Shown here piece after piece: positions 23,301 through 37,832 of a stretch of 37,832 nt of DNA. How positions within the stretch are numbered: the stretch's first letter is position 1; every line of letters begins with the position of its first letter. Location of the stretch: positions 1 to 37,832 of the forward strand of contig JAUCBJ010008752.1 of NCBI GenBank assembly GCA_032718475.1, in the 5' to 3' direction. A program made the translations under genes and the position numbers. Below the pieces are notes generated by a model that did not search any database, was not told the DNA's origin, and saw only the letters and a program-made list of their open reading frames with translations. The DNA is from Nemertoderma westbladi (lineage: Eukaryota; Animalia; Xenacoelomorpha).

Positions 23301-26300
23301 CCAAAGTAAGTTATTATTTGGATAACACCAAAGTAATTTAATATTTGGATAACACCAAAGTAATTTAATAGTTGGATAACACCATTTAAGTAATTTATTA
23401 GTTGGATAACACCAAAGTAAGTTACTAGTTGGATAACACCAAATTATTTATTAGTTGGATAACACAAAAGTAAGTTACTAGTTGGATAACACCAAATTAT
23501 TTATTAGTTGGATAACACCAAAGTAAGTTATTAGTTGGATAACACCAAAGTAAGTTAATAGTTGGATAACACCAAATTAATTTAATATTTGGATAACACC
23601 AAAGTAAGTTATTATTTGGATAACACCAAAGTAATTTAATATTTGGATAACACCAAATTATTTATTAGTTGGATAACACCAAAGTAAGTTATTAGTTGGA
23701 TAACACTAAAGTAAGTTATTAGTTGGATAACACCAAAGTAATTTAATATTTGGATAACACCAAAGTAATTTAATAGTTGGATAACACCATTTAAGTAATT
23801 TATTAGTTGGATAACACCAAAGTAAGTTATTAGTTGGATAACACCAAAGTAAGTTATTAGTTCGATAACACCAAAGCAATTTTATATTTGGATAACATCA
23901 AAGTAATTTATTAGTTGGATAACACTAAAGTAATTTATTAGTTGGATAACACCAAAGTAATTTATTAGTTGGATAACACTAAAGTAAGTTACTAGTTGGA
24001 TAACACCAAATTATTTATTAGTTGGATAACACCAAAGTAAGTTATTAGTTGGATAACACCAAAGTAAGTTATTAGTTGGATAACACAAAAGTAATTTATT
24101 AGTTGGATAACACCAAAGTAATTTATTAGTTGGATAACACCAAAGTAAGTTATTAGTTGGATAACACCAAAGTAATTTATTAGTTGGATAACACTAAAGT
24201 AAGTTACTAGTTGGATAACACCAAATTATTTATTAGTTGGATAACACCAAAGTAAGTTATTAGTTGGATAACACCAAAGTAAGTTATTAGTTGGATAACA
24301 CTAAAGTAAGTTATTAGTTGGATAACACCAAAGTAATTTAATATTTGGATAACACCAAAGTAATTTAATAGTTGGATAACACCATTTAAGTAATTTATTA
24401 GTTGGATAACACCAAAGTAAGTTATTAGTTGGATAACACCAAAGCAATTTTATATTTGGATAACACCATTTAAGTAATTTATTAGTTGGATAACACCAAA
24501 GTAAGTTATTAGTTGGATAACACCAAAGTAAGTTAATAGTTGGATAACACCAAAGTAATTTAATATTTTGATAACACCAAATTATTTATTAGTTGGATAA
24601 CACCAAAGCAAGTTATTAGTTGGATAACACCAAAGTAAGTTATTAGTTGGATAACACCAAAGTAAGTTAATAGTTGGATAACACCAAAGTAATTTAATAT
24701 TTGGATAACACCAAAGTAATTTATTAGTTGGATAACACAAAAGTAATTTATTAGTTGGATAACACAAAAGTAAGTTAATAGTTGGATAACACCAAAGTAA
24801 GTTATTAGTTTGATAACACCAAAGTAAGTTAATAGTTGGATAACACCAAAGTAATTTAATATTTGGATAACACCAAATTATTTATTAGTTGGATAACACC
24901 AAAGTAAGTTATTAGTTGGATAACACTAAAGTAAGTTATTAGTTGGATAACACCAAAGTAATTTAATATTTGGATAACACCAAAGTAATTTAATAGTTGG
25001 ATAACACCATTTAAGTAATTTATTAGTTGGATAACACCAAAGTAAGTTATTAGTTGGATAACACCAAAGCAATTTTATATTTGGATAACACCATTTAAGT
25101 AATTTATTAGTTGGATAACACCAAAGTAAGTTATTAGTTGGATAACACCAAAGTAAGTTAATAGTTGGATAACACCAAAGTAATTTAATATTTTGATAAC
25201 ACCAAATTATTTATTAGTTGGATAACACCAAAGCAAGTTATTAGTTGGATAACACCAAAGTAAGTTATTAGTTGGATAACACCAAAGTAAGTTAATAGTT
25301 GGATAACACCAAAGTAATTTAATATTTGGATAACACCAAAGTAATTTATTAATTGGATAACACCAAAGTAATTTATTAGTTGGATAACACAAAAGTAATT
25401 TATTAGTTGGATAACACAAAAGTAAGTTAATAGTTGGATAACACCAAAGTAAGTTATTAGTTTGATAACACCAAAGTAAGTTAATAGTTGGATAACACCA
25501 AAGTAATTTAATATTTGGATAACACCAAATTATTTATTAGTTGGATAACACCAAAGTAATTTATTAGTTGGATAACACCAAAGTAAGTTATTAGTTGGAT
25601 AACACCAAAGTAAGTTAATAGTTGGATAACACCAAAGTAATTTAATATTTGGATAACACCAAAGTAATTTATTAGTTGGATAACACCAAAGTAAGTTAAT
25701 AGTTGGATAACACCAAAGTAATTTAATATTTGGATAACACCAAAGTAATTTATTAGTTGGATAACACCAAAGTAAGTTATTAGTTTGATAACACCAAAGT
25801 AAGTTACTAGTTGGATAACACCAAAGTAATTTACTAGTTGGATAACCCAAAAGTAATTTATTAGTTGGATAACACAAAAGTAATTTATTAGTTGGATAAC
25901 ACCAAAGTAAGTTACTAGTTGGATAACGCCAAAGTAATTTATTAGTTGGATAACACAAAAGTAAGTTACTAGTTGGATAACACCAAAGTAAGTTACTAGT
26001 TGGATAACCCAAAAGTAATTTATTGGTTGGATAACACCAAAGTAAGTTACTAGTTGGATAACCCAAAAGTAATTTATTAGTTGGATAACACCAAAGTAAG
26101 TTACTAGTTGGATAACGCCAAAGTAATTTATTAGTTGGATAACACAAAAGTAAGTTACTAGTTGGATAACACCAAAGTAAGTTACTAGTTGGATAACCCA
26201 AAAGTAATTTATTGGTTGGATAACACCAAAGTAAGTTACTAGTTGGATAACGCCAAAGTAATTTATTAGTTGGATAACACAAAAGTAAGTTACTAGTTGG

Positions 26301-29300
26301 ATAACACCAAAGTAATTTAATATTTGGATAACACCAAATTATTTATTAGTTGGATAACACCAAAGTAAGTTATTAGTTGGATAACACTAAAGTAAGTTAT
26401 TAGTTGGATAACACCAAAGTAATTTAATATTTGGATAACACCAAAGTAATTTAATAGTTGGATAACACCATTTAAGTAATTTATTAGTTGGATAACACCA
26501 AAGTAAGTTAATAGTTGGATAACACCAAAGTAATTTAATATTTTGATAACACCAAATTATTTATTAGTTGGATAACACCAAAGTAAGTTATTAGTTGGAT
26601 AACACCAAAGTAAGTTATTAGTTGGATAACACCAAAGTAAGTTAATAGTTGGATAACACCAAAGTAATTTAATATTTGGATAACACCAAAGTAATTTATT
26701 AATTGGATAACACCAAAGTAATTTATTAGTTGGATAACACAAAAGTAATTTATTAGTTGGATAACACAAAAGTAAGTTAATAGTTGGATAACACCAAAGT
26801 AAGTTATTAGTTTGATAACACCAAAGTAAGTTAATAGTTGGATAACACCAAAGTAATTTAATATTTGGATAACACCAAATTATTTATTAGTTGGATAACA
26901 CCAAAGTAATTTATTAGTTGGATAACACCAAAGTAAGTTATTATTTGGATAACACCAAAGTAATTTAATATTTGGATAACACCAAAGTAATTTAATAGTT
27001 GGATAACACCATTTAAGTAATTTATTAGTTGGATAACACCAAAGTAAGTTACTAGTTGGATAACACCAAATTATTTATTAGTTGGATAACACAAAAGTAA
27101 GTTACTAGTTGGATAACACCAAATTATTTATTAGTTGGATAACACCAAAGTAAGTTATTAGTTGGATAACACCAAAGTAAGTTAATAGTTGGATAACACC
27201 AAATTAATTTAATATTTGGATAACACCAAAGTAAGTTATTATTTGGATAACACCAAAGTAATTTAATATTTGGATAACACCAAATTATTTATTAGTTGGA
27301 TAACACCAAAGTAAGTTATTAGTTGGATAACACTAAAGTAAGTTATTAGTTGGATAACACCAAAGTAATTTAATATTTGGATAACACCAAAGTAATTTAA
27401 TAGTTGGATAACACCATTTAAGTAATTTATTAGTTGGATAACACCAAAGTAAGTTATTAGTTGGATAACACCAAAGTAAGTTATTAGTTCGATAACACCA
27501 AAGCAATTTTATATTTGGATAACATCAAAGTAATTTATTAGTTGGATAACACTAAAGTAATTTATTAGTTGGATAACACCAAAGTAATTTATTAGTTGGA
27601 TAACACTAAAGTAAGTTACTAGTTGGATAACACCAAATTATTTATTAGTTGGATAACACCAAAGTAAGTTATTAGTTGGATAACACCAAAGTAAGTTATT
27701 AGTTGGATAACACAAAAGTAATTTATTAGTTGGATAACACCAAAGTAATTTATTAGTTGGATAACACCAAAGTAAGTTATTAGTTGGATAACACCAAAGT
27801 AATTTATTAGTTGGATAACACTAAAGTAAGTTACTAGTTGGATAACACCAAATTATTTATTAGTTGGATAACACCAAAGTAAGTTATTAGTTGGATAACA
27901 CCAAAGTAAGTTATTAGTTGGATAACACTAAAGTAAGTTATTAGTTGGATAACACCAAAGTAATTTAATATTTGGATAACACCAAAGTAATTTAATAGTT
28001 GGATAACACCATTTAAGTAATTTATTAGTTGGATAACACCAAAGTAAGTTATTAGTTGGATAACACCAAAGCAATTTTATATTTGGATAACACCATTTAA
28101 GTAATTTATTAGTTGGATAACACCAAAGTAAGTTATTAGTTGGATAACACCAAAGTAAGTTAATAGTTGGATAACACCAAAGTAATTTAATATTTTGATA
28201 ACACCAAATTATTTATTAGTTGGATAACACCAAAGCAAGTTATTAGTTGGATAACACCAAAGTAAGTTATTAGTTGGATAACACCAAAGTAAGTTAATAG
28301 TTGGATAACACCAAAGTAATTTAATATTTGGATAACACCAAAGTAATTTATTAATTGGATAACACCAAAGTAATTTATTAGTTGGATAACACAAAAGTAA
28401 TTTATTAGTTGGATAACACAAAAGTAAGTTAATAGTTGGATAACACCAAAGTAAGTTATTAGTTTGATAACACCAAAGTAAGTTAATAGTTGGATAACAC
28501 CAAAGTAATTTAATATTTGGATAACACCAAATTATTTATTAGTTGGATAACACCAAAGTAATTTATTAGTTGGATAACACCAAAGTAAGTTATTAGTTGG
28601 ATAACACCAAAGTAAGTTAATAGTTGGATAACACCAAAGTAATTTAATATTTGGATAACACCAAAGTAATTTATTAGTTGGATAACACCAAAGTAAGTTA
28701 ATAGTTGGATAACACCAAAGTAATTTAATATTTGGATAACACCAAAGTAATTTATTAGTTGGATAACACCAAAGTAAGTTATTAGTTTGATAACACCAAA
28801 GTAAGTTACTAGTTGGATAACACCAAAGTAATTTACTAGTTGGATAACCCAAAAGTAATTTATTATTTGGATAACACAAAAGTAATTTATTAGTTGGATA
28901 TGGATAACCCAAAAGTAATTTATTAGTTGGATAACACCAAAGTAAGTTACTAGTTGGATAACGCCAAAGTAATTTATTAGTTGGATAACACAAAAGTAAG
29001 TTACTAGTTGGATAACACCAAAGTAAGTTACTAGTTGGATAACCCAAAAGTAATTTATTGGTTGGATAACACCAAAGTAAGTTACTAGTTGGATAACGCC
29101 AAAGTAATTTATTAGTTGGATAACACAAAAGTAAGTTACTAGTTGGATAACACCAAAGTAATTTAATATTTGGATAACACCAAATTATTTATTAGTTGGA
29201 TAACACCAAAGTAAGTTATTAGTTGGATAACACTAAAGTAAGTTATTAGTTGGATAACACCAAAGTAATTTAATATTTGGATAACACCAAAGTAATTTAA

Positions 29301-32300
29301 TAGTTGGATAACACCATTTAAGTAATTTATTAGTTGGATAACACCAAAGTAAGTTAATAGTTGGATAACACCAAAGTAATTTAATATTTTGATAACACCA
29401 AATTATTTATTAGTTGGATAACACCAAAGTAAGTTATTAGTTGGATAACACCAAAGTAAGTTATTAGTTGGATAACACCAAAGTAAGTTAATAGTTGGAT
29501 AACACCAAAGTAATTTAATATTTGGATAACACCAAAGTAATTTATTAATTGGATAACACCAAAGTAATTTATTAGTTGGATAACACAAAAGTAATTTATT
29601 AGTTGGATAACACAAAAGTAAGTTAATAGTTGGATAACACCAAAGTAAGTTATTAGTTTGATAACACCAAAGTAAGTTAATAGTTGGATAACACCAAAGT
29701 AATTTAATATTTGGATAACACCAAATTATTTATTAGTTGGATAACACCAAAGTAATTTATTATTTGGATAACACCAAAGTAAGTTATTAGTTGGATAACA
29801 CCAAAGTAAGTTAATAGTTGGATAACACCAAAGTAATTTAATATTTGGATAACACCAAAGTAATTTATTAGTTGGATAACACCAAAGTAAGTTAATAGTT
29901 GTATAACACCAAAGTAATTTAATATTTGGATAACACCAAAGTAATTTATTAGTTGGATAACACCAAAGTAAGTTATTAGTTTGATAACACCAAAGTAAGT
30001 TACTAGTTGGATAACACCAAAGTAATTTACTAGTTGGATAACCCAAAAGTAATTTATTAGTTGGATAACACAAAAGTAATTTATTAGTTGGATATGGATA
30101 ACCCAAAAGTAATTTATTAGTTGGATAACACCAAAGTAAGTTACTAGTTGGATAACGCCAAAGTAATTTATTAGTTGGATAACACAAAAGTAAGTTACTA
30201 GTTGGATAACACCAAAGTAAGTTACTAGTTGGATAACCCAAAAGTAATTTATTGGTTGGATAACACCAAAGTAAGTTACTAGTTGGATAACGCCAAAGTA
30301 ATTTATTAGTTGGATAACATAAAAGTAAGTTACTAGTTGGATAACACCAAAGTAATTTAATATTTGGATAACACCAAATTATTTATTAGTTGGATAACAC
30401 CAAAGTAAGTTATTAGTTGGATAACACTAAAGTAAGTTATTAGTTGGATAACACCAAAGTAATTTAATATTTGGATAACACCAAAGTAATTTAATAGTTG
30501 GATAACACCATTTAAGTAATTTATTAGTTGGATAACACCAAAGTAAGTTATTAGTTGGATAACACCAAAGCAATTTTATATTTGGATAACACCATTTAAG
30601 TAATTTATTAGTTGGATAACACCAAAGTAAGTTATTAGTTGGATAACACCAAAGTAAGTTAATAGTTGGATAACACCAAAGTAATTTAATATTTTGATAA
30701 CACCAAATTATTTATTAGTTGGATAACACCAAAGTAAGTTATTAGTTGGATAACACCAAAGTAAGTTATTAGTTGGATAACACCAAAGTAAGTTAATAGT
30801 TGGATAACACCAAAGTAATTTAATATTTGGATAACACCAAAGTAATTTATTAATTGGATAACACCAAAGTAATTTATTAGTTGGATAACACAAAAGTAAT
30901 TTATTAGTTGGATAACACAAAAGTAAGTTAATAGTTGGATAACACCAAAGTAAGTTATTAGTTTGATAACACCAAAGTAAGTTATTAGTTGGATAACACC
31001 AAAGCAATTTTATATTTGGATAACACCATTTAAGTAATTTATTAGTTGGATAACACCAAAGTAAGTTATTAGTTGGATAACACCAAAGTAAGTTAATAGT
31101 TGGATAACACCAAAGTAATTTAATATTTTGATAACACCAAATTATTTATTAGTTGGATAACACCAAAGCAAGTTATTAGTTGGATAACACCAAAGTAAGT
31201 TATTAGTTGGATAACACCAAAGTAAGTTAATAGTTGGATAACACCAAAGTAATTTAATATTTGGATAACACCAAAGTAATTTATTAATTGGATAACACCA
31301 AAGTAATTTATTAGTTGGATAACACAAAAGTAATTTATTAGTTGGATAACACAAAAGTAAGTTAATAGTTGGATAACACCAAAGTAAGTTATTAGTTTGA
31401 TAACACCAAAGTAAGTTAATAGTTGGATAACACCAAAGTAATTTAATATTTGGATAACACCAAATTATTTATTAGTTGGATAACACCAAAGTAATTTATT
31501 AGTTGGATAACACCAAAGTAAGTTATTAGTTGGATAACACCAAAGTAAGTTAATAGTTGGATAACACCAAAGTAATTTAATATTTGGATAACACCAAAGT
31601 AATTTATTAGTTGGATAACACCAAAGTAAGTTAATAGTTGGATAACACCAAAGTAATTTAATATTTGGATAACACCAAAGTAATTTATTAGTTGGATAAC
31701 ACCAAAGTAAGTTATTAGTTTGATAACACCAAAGTAAGTTACTAGTTGGATAACACCAAAGTAATTTACTAGTTGGATAACCCAAAAGTAATTTATTATT
31801 TGGATAACACAAAAGTAATTTATTAGTTGGATATGGATAACCCAAAAGTAATTTATTAGTTGGATAACACCAAAGTAAGTTACTAGTTGGATAACGCCAA
31901 AGTAATTTATTAGTTGGATAACACAAAAGTAAGTTACTAGTTGGATAACACCAAAGTAAGTTACTAGTTGGATAACCCAAAAGTAATTTATTGGTTGGAT
32001 AACACCAAAGTAAGTTACTAGTTGGATAACGCCAAAGTAATTTATTAGTTGGATAACACAAAAGTAAGTTACTAGTTGGATAACACCAAAGTAATTTAAT
32101 ATTTGGATAACACCAAATTATTTATTAGTTGGATAACACCAAAGTAAGTTATTAGTTGGATAACACTAAAGTAAGTTATTAGTTGGATAACACCAAAGTA
32201 ATTTAATATTTGGATAACACCAAAGTAATTTAATAGTTGGATAACACCATTTAAGTAATTTATTAGTTGGATAACACCAAAGTAAGTTAATAGTTGGATA

Positions 32301-35300
32301 ACACCAAAGTAATTTAATATTTTGATAACACCAAATTATTTATTAGTTGGATAACACCAAAGTAAGTTATTAGTTGGATAACACCAAAGTAAGTTATTAG
32401 TTGGATAACACCAAAGTAAGTTAATAGTTGGATAACACCAAAGTAATTTAATATTTGGATAACACCAAAGTAATTTATTAATTGGATAACACCAAAGTAA
32501 TTTATTAGTTGGATAACACAAAAGTAATTTATTAGTTGGATAACACAAAAGTAAGTTAATAGTTGGATAACACCAAAGTAAGTTATTAGTTTGATAACAC
32601 CAAAGTAAGTTAATAGTTGGATAACACCAAAGTAATTTAATATTTGGATAACACCAAATTATTTATTAGTTGGATAACACCAAAGTAATTTATTATTTGG
32701 ATAACACCAAAGTAAGTTATTAGTTGGATAACACCAAAGTAAGTTAATAGTTGGATAACACCAAAGTAATTTAATATTTGGATAACACCAAAGTAATTTA
32801 TTAGTTGGATAACACCAAAGTAAGTTAATAGTTGTATAACACCAAAGTAATTTAATATTTGGATAACACCAAAGTAATTTATTAGTTGGATAACACCAAA
32901 GTAAGTTATTAGTTTGATAACACCAAAGTAAGTTACTAGTTGGATAACACCAAAGTAATTTACTAGTTGGATAACCCAAAAGTAATTTATTAGTTGGATA
33001 ACACAAAAGTAATTTATTAGTTGGATATGGATAACCCAAAAGTAATTTATTAGTTGGATAACACCAAAGTAAGTTACTAGTTGGATAACGCCAAAGTAAT
33101 TTATTAGTTGGATAACACAAAAGTAAGTTACTAGTTGGATAACACCAAAGTAAGTTACTAGTTGGATAACCCAAAAGTAATTTATTGGTTGGATAACACC
33201 AAAGTAAGTTACTAGTTGGATAACGCCAAAGTAATTTATTAGTTGGATAACACAAAAGTAAGTTACTAGTTGGATAACACCAAAGTAATTTAATATTTGG
33301 ATAACACCAAATTATTTATTAGTTGGATAACACCAAAGTAAGTTATTAGTTGGATAACACTAAAGTAAGTTATTAGTTGGATAACACCAAAGTAATTTAA
33401 TATTTGGATAACACCAAAGTAATTTAATAGTTGGATAACACCATTTAAGTAATTTATTAGTTGGATAACACCAAAGTAAGTTATTAGTTGGATAACACCA
33501 AAGCAATTTTATATTTGGATAACACCATTTAAGTAATTTATTAGTTGGATAACACCAAAGTAAGTTATTAGTTGGATAACACCAAAGTAAGTTAATAGTT
33601 GGATAACACCAAAGTAATTTAATATTTTGATAACACCAAATTATTTATTAGTTGGATAACACCAAAGTAAGTTATTAGTTGGATAACACCAAAGTAAGTT
33701 ATTAGTTGGATAACACCAAAGTAAGTTAATAGTTGGATAACACCAAAGTAATTTAATATTTGGATAACACCAAAGTAATTTATTAATTGGATAACACCAA
33801 AGTAATTTATTAGTTGGATAACACAAAAGTAATTTATTAGTTGGATAACACAAAAGTAAGTTAATAGTTGGATAACACCAAAGTAAGTTATTAGTTTGAT
33901 AACACCAAAGTAAGTTAATAGTTGGATAACACCAAAGTAATTTAATATTTGGATAACACCAAATTATTTATTAGTTGGATAACACCAAAGTAATTTATTA
34001 GTTGGATAACACCAAAGTAAGTTATTAGTTGGATAACACCAAAGTAAGTTAATAGTTGGATAACACCAAAGTAATTTAATATTTGGATAACACCAAAGTA
34101 ATTTATTAGTTGGATAACACCAAAGTAAGTTAATAGTTGGATAACACCAAAGTAATTTAATATTTGGATAACACCAAAGTATTTTATTAGTTGGATAACA
34201 CCAAAGTAAGTTATTAGTTTGATAACACCAAAGTAAGTTACTAGTTGGATAACACCAAAGTAATTTACTAGTTGGATAACCCAAAAGTAATTTATTAGTT
34301 GGATAACACAAAAGTAATTTATTAGTTGGATATGGATAACCCAAAAGTAATTTATTAGTTGGATAACACCAAAGTAAGTTACTAGTTGGATAACGCCAAA
34401 GTAATTTATTAGTTGGATAACACAAAAGTAAGTTACTAGTTGGATAACACCAAAGTAAGTTACTAGTTGGATAACCCAAAAGTAATTTATTGGTTGGATA
34501 ACACCAAAGTAAGTTACTAGTTGGATAACTCCAAAGTAATTTATTAGTTGGATAACACAAAAGTAAGTTACTAGTTGGATAACACCAAAGTAAGTTACTA
34601 GTTGGATAACCCAAAAGTAATTTATTAGTTGGATAACACCAAAGTAAGTTACTAGTTGGATAACCCAAAAGTAATTTATTGGTTGGATAACACCAAAGTA
34701 AGTTACTAGTTGGATAACCCAAAAGTAATTTATTGGTTGGATAACACCAAAGTAAGTTACTAGTTGGATAACCCAAAAGTAATTTATTGGTTGGATAACA
34801 CCAAAGTAAGTTACTAGTTGGTAACCCAAAAGTAATTTATTGGTTGGATAACACCAAAGTAAGTCTCTAGTTGGATAACGCCAAAGTAATTTATTAGTTG
34901 GATAACACAAAAGTAAGTTACTAGTTGGATAACACCAAAGTAAGTTACTAGTTGGATAACCCAAAAGTAATTTATTAGTTGGATAACACCAAAGTAAGTT
35001 ACTAGTTGGATAACACCAAAGTAATTTATTAGTTGGATAACACAAAAGTAATTTATTAGTTGGATAACACAAAAGTAAGTTACTAGTTGGATAACACCAA
35101 AGTAAGTTACTAGTTGGATAACCCAAAAGTAATTTATTGGTTGGATAACACCAAAGTAAGTTACTAGTTGGATAACACCAAAGTAAGTTACTAGTTGGAT
35201 AACACCAAAGTAATTTATTGGTTGGATAACACAAAAGTAAGTTACTAGTTGGATAACACCAAAGTAAGTTACTAGTTGGATAACCCAAAAGTAATTTATT

Positions 35301-37832
35301 GGTTGGATAACACCAAAGTAAGTTACTAGTTGGATAACACCAAAGTAATTTATTATTTGGATAACACCAAAGTAAGTTATTAGTTGGATAACACCAAAGT
35401 AAGTTAATAGTTGGATAACACCAAAGTAATTTAATATTTGGATAACACCAAAGTAATTTATTAGTTGGATAACACCAAAGTAAGTTAATAGTTGTATAAC
35501 ACCAAAGTAATTTAATATTTGGATAACACCAAAGTAATTTATTAGTTGGATAACACCAAAGTAAGTTATTAGTTTGATAACACCAAAGTAAGTTACTAGT
35601 TGGATAACACCAAAGTAATTTACTAGTTGGATAACCCAAAAGTAATTTATTAGTTGGATAACACAAAAGTAATTTATTAGTTGGATATGGATAACCCAAA
35701 AGTAATTTATTAGTTGGATAACACCAAAGTAAGTTACTAGTTGGATAACGCCAAAGTAATTTATTAGTTGGATAACACAAAAGTAAGTTACTAGTTGGAT
35801 AACACCAAAGTAAGTTACTAGTTGGATAACCCAAAAGTAATTTATTGGTTGGATAACACCAAAGTAAGTTACTAGTTGGATAACGCCAAAGTAATTTATT
35901 AGTTGGATAACATAAAAGTAAGTTACTAGTTGGATAACACCAAAGTAATTTAATATTTGGATAACACCAAATTATTTATTAGTTGGATAACACCAAAGTA
36001 AGTTATTAGTTGGATAACACTAAAGTAAGTTATTAGTTGGATAACACCAAAGTAATTTAATATTTGGATAACACCAAAGTAATTTAATAGTTGGATAACA
36101 CCATTTAAGTAATTTATTAGTTGGATAACACCAAAGTAAGTTATTAGTTGGATAACACCAAAGCAATTTTATATTTGGATAACACCATTTAAGTAATTTA
36201 TTAGTTGGATAACACCAAAGTAAGTTATTAGTTGGATAACACCAAAGTAAGTTAATAGTTGGATAACACCAAAGTAATTTAATATTTTGATAACACCAAA
36301 TTATTTATTAGTTGGATAACACCAAAGTAAGTTATTAGTTGGATAACACCAAAGTAAGTTATTAGTTGGATAACACCAAAGTAAGTTAATAGTTGGATAA
36401 CACCAAAGTAATTTAATATTTGGATAACACCAAAGTAATTTATTAATTGGATAACACCAAAGTAATTTATTAGTTGGATAACACAAAAGTAATTTATTAG
36501 TTGGATAACACAAAAGTAAGTTAATAGTTGGATAACACCAAAGTAAGTTATTAGTTTGATAACACCAAAGTAAGTTATTAGTTGGATAACACCAAAGCAA
36601 TTTTATATTTGGATAACACCATTTAAGTAATTTATTAGTTGGATAACACCAAAGTAAGTTATTAGTTGGATAACACCAAAGTAAGTTAATAGTTGGATAA
36701 CACCAAAGTAATTTAATATTTTGATAACACCAAATTATTTATTAGTTGGATAACACCAAAGCAAGTTATTAGTTGGATAACACCAAAGTAAGTTATTAGT
36801 TGGATAACACCAAAGTAAGTTAATAGTTGGATAACACCAAAGTAATTTAATATTTGGATAACACCAAAGTAATTTATTAATTGGATAACACCAAAGTAAT
36901 TTATTAGTTGGATAACACAAAAGTAATTTATTAGTTGGATAACACAAAAGTAAGTTAATAGTTGGATAACACCAAAGTAAGTTATTAGTTTGATAACACC
37001 AAAGTAAGTTAATAGTTGGATAACACCAAAGTAATTTAATATTTGGATAACACCAAATTATTTATTAGTTGGATAACACCAAAGTAATTTATTAGTTGGA
37101 TAACACCAAAGTAAGTTATTAGTTGGATAACACCAAAGTAAGTTAATAGTTGGATAACACCAAAGTAATTTAATATTTGGATAACACCAAAGTAATTTAT
37201 TAGTTGGATAACACCAAAGTAAGTTAATAGTTGGATAACACCAAAGTAATTTAATATTTGGATAACACCAAAGTAATTTATTAGTTGGATAACACCAAAG
37301 TAAGTTATTAGTTTGATAACACCAAAGTAAGTTACTAGTTGGATAACACCAAAGTAATTTACTAGTTGGATAACCCAAAAGTAATTTATTATTTGGATAA
37401 CACAAAAGTAATTTATTAGTTGGATATGGATAACCCAAAAGTAATTTATTAGTTGGATAACACCAAAGTAAGTTACTAGTTGGATAACGCCAAAGTAATT
37501 TATTAGTTGGATAACACAAAAGTAAGTTACTAGTTGGATAACACCAAAGTAAGTTACTAGTTGGATAACCCAAAAGTAATTTATTGGTTGGATAACACCA
37601 AAGTAAGTTACTAGTTGGATAACGCCAAAGTAATTTATTAGTTGGATAACACAAAAGTAAGTTACTAGTTGGATAACACCAAAGTAATTTAATATTTGGA
37701 TAACACCAAATTATTTATTAGTTGGATAACACCAAAGTAAGTTATTAGTTGGATAACACTAAAGTAAGTTATTAGTTGGATAACACCAAAGTAATTTAAT
37801 ATTTGGATAACACCAAAGTAATTTAATAGTTG
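11355..37832. repeat. 27-bp satellite array with higher-order repeats, running off the window end
   Basis: Consensus GGATAACACCAAAGTAA(T/G)TTATTAGTT, head-to-tail in one orientation over ~26.5 kb (about 980 monomers by length/27). Length variants are 26 bp (aaattattt; ggataaac), 30 bp (accatttaag) and 33 bp (ggatatggataac). No foreign insertion was seen. Confidence 0.99.

Noticed and set aside
11336-37654. Dozens of minus-strand ORFs (up to 630 aa) of repeated CYPTNKLLW / GVIQLINYF
   Set aside because: A 27-bp unit keeps frame, and two minus-strand frames happen to lack stops. The starts are TTG, not ATG, frames switch freely at 26-bp variants, stops recur, and there is no unique N- or C-terminal domain.
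11355-37832. CRISPR-like look (constant GTTGGATAAC with variable intervening bases)
   Set aside because: The intervening segments are near-identical variants rather than unique spacers, there are no cas genes, and the context is eukaryotic.
11355-37832. Telomerase-made telomeric repeat (TTAGTTGG resembles TTAGG-type motifs)
   Set aside because: The monomer has little G/C strand asymmetry (4 G versus 3 C), and exact kilobase HORs indicate recombinational amplification rather than templated addition.

Overview
Eukaryotic, AT-rich genomic DNA, probably from an invertebrate animal (inference). The left ~11.3 kb is mostly DNA-transposon debris around one intact, intronless gene, PSMD9/Nas2 (proteasome assembly chaperone, 7692-8327 +). 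A dead IS3-like (IS3EU-type) DDE transposase on the minus strand can be rebuilt across a 2.4 kb TA-flanked Tc1/mariner-type insertion (3026-5396). That insertion itself carries a piggyBac MITE and a G/C-tract MITE. Two of the transposase's frameshifts are exact TA-CAG-TA 5-bp insertions, which match Tc1/mariner excision footprints, and similar TA-xxx(x)-TA words are scattered and stacked through the unique DNA. From ~11355 to the end of the window (~26.5 kb, roughly 980 monomers) lies a 27-bp satellite with a small set of monomer variants, layered zones and kilobase higher-order repeats. The many CYPTNKLLW ORFs are translations of this satellite, not genes.
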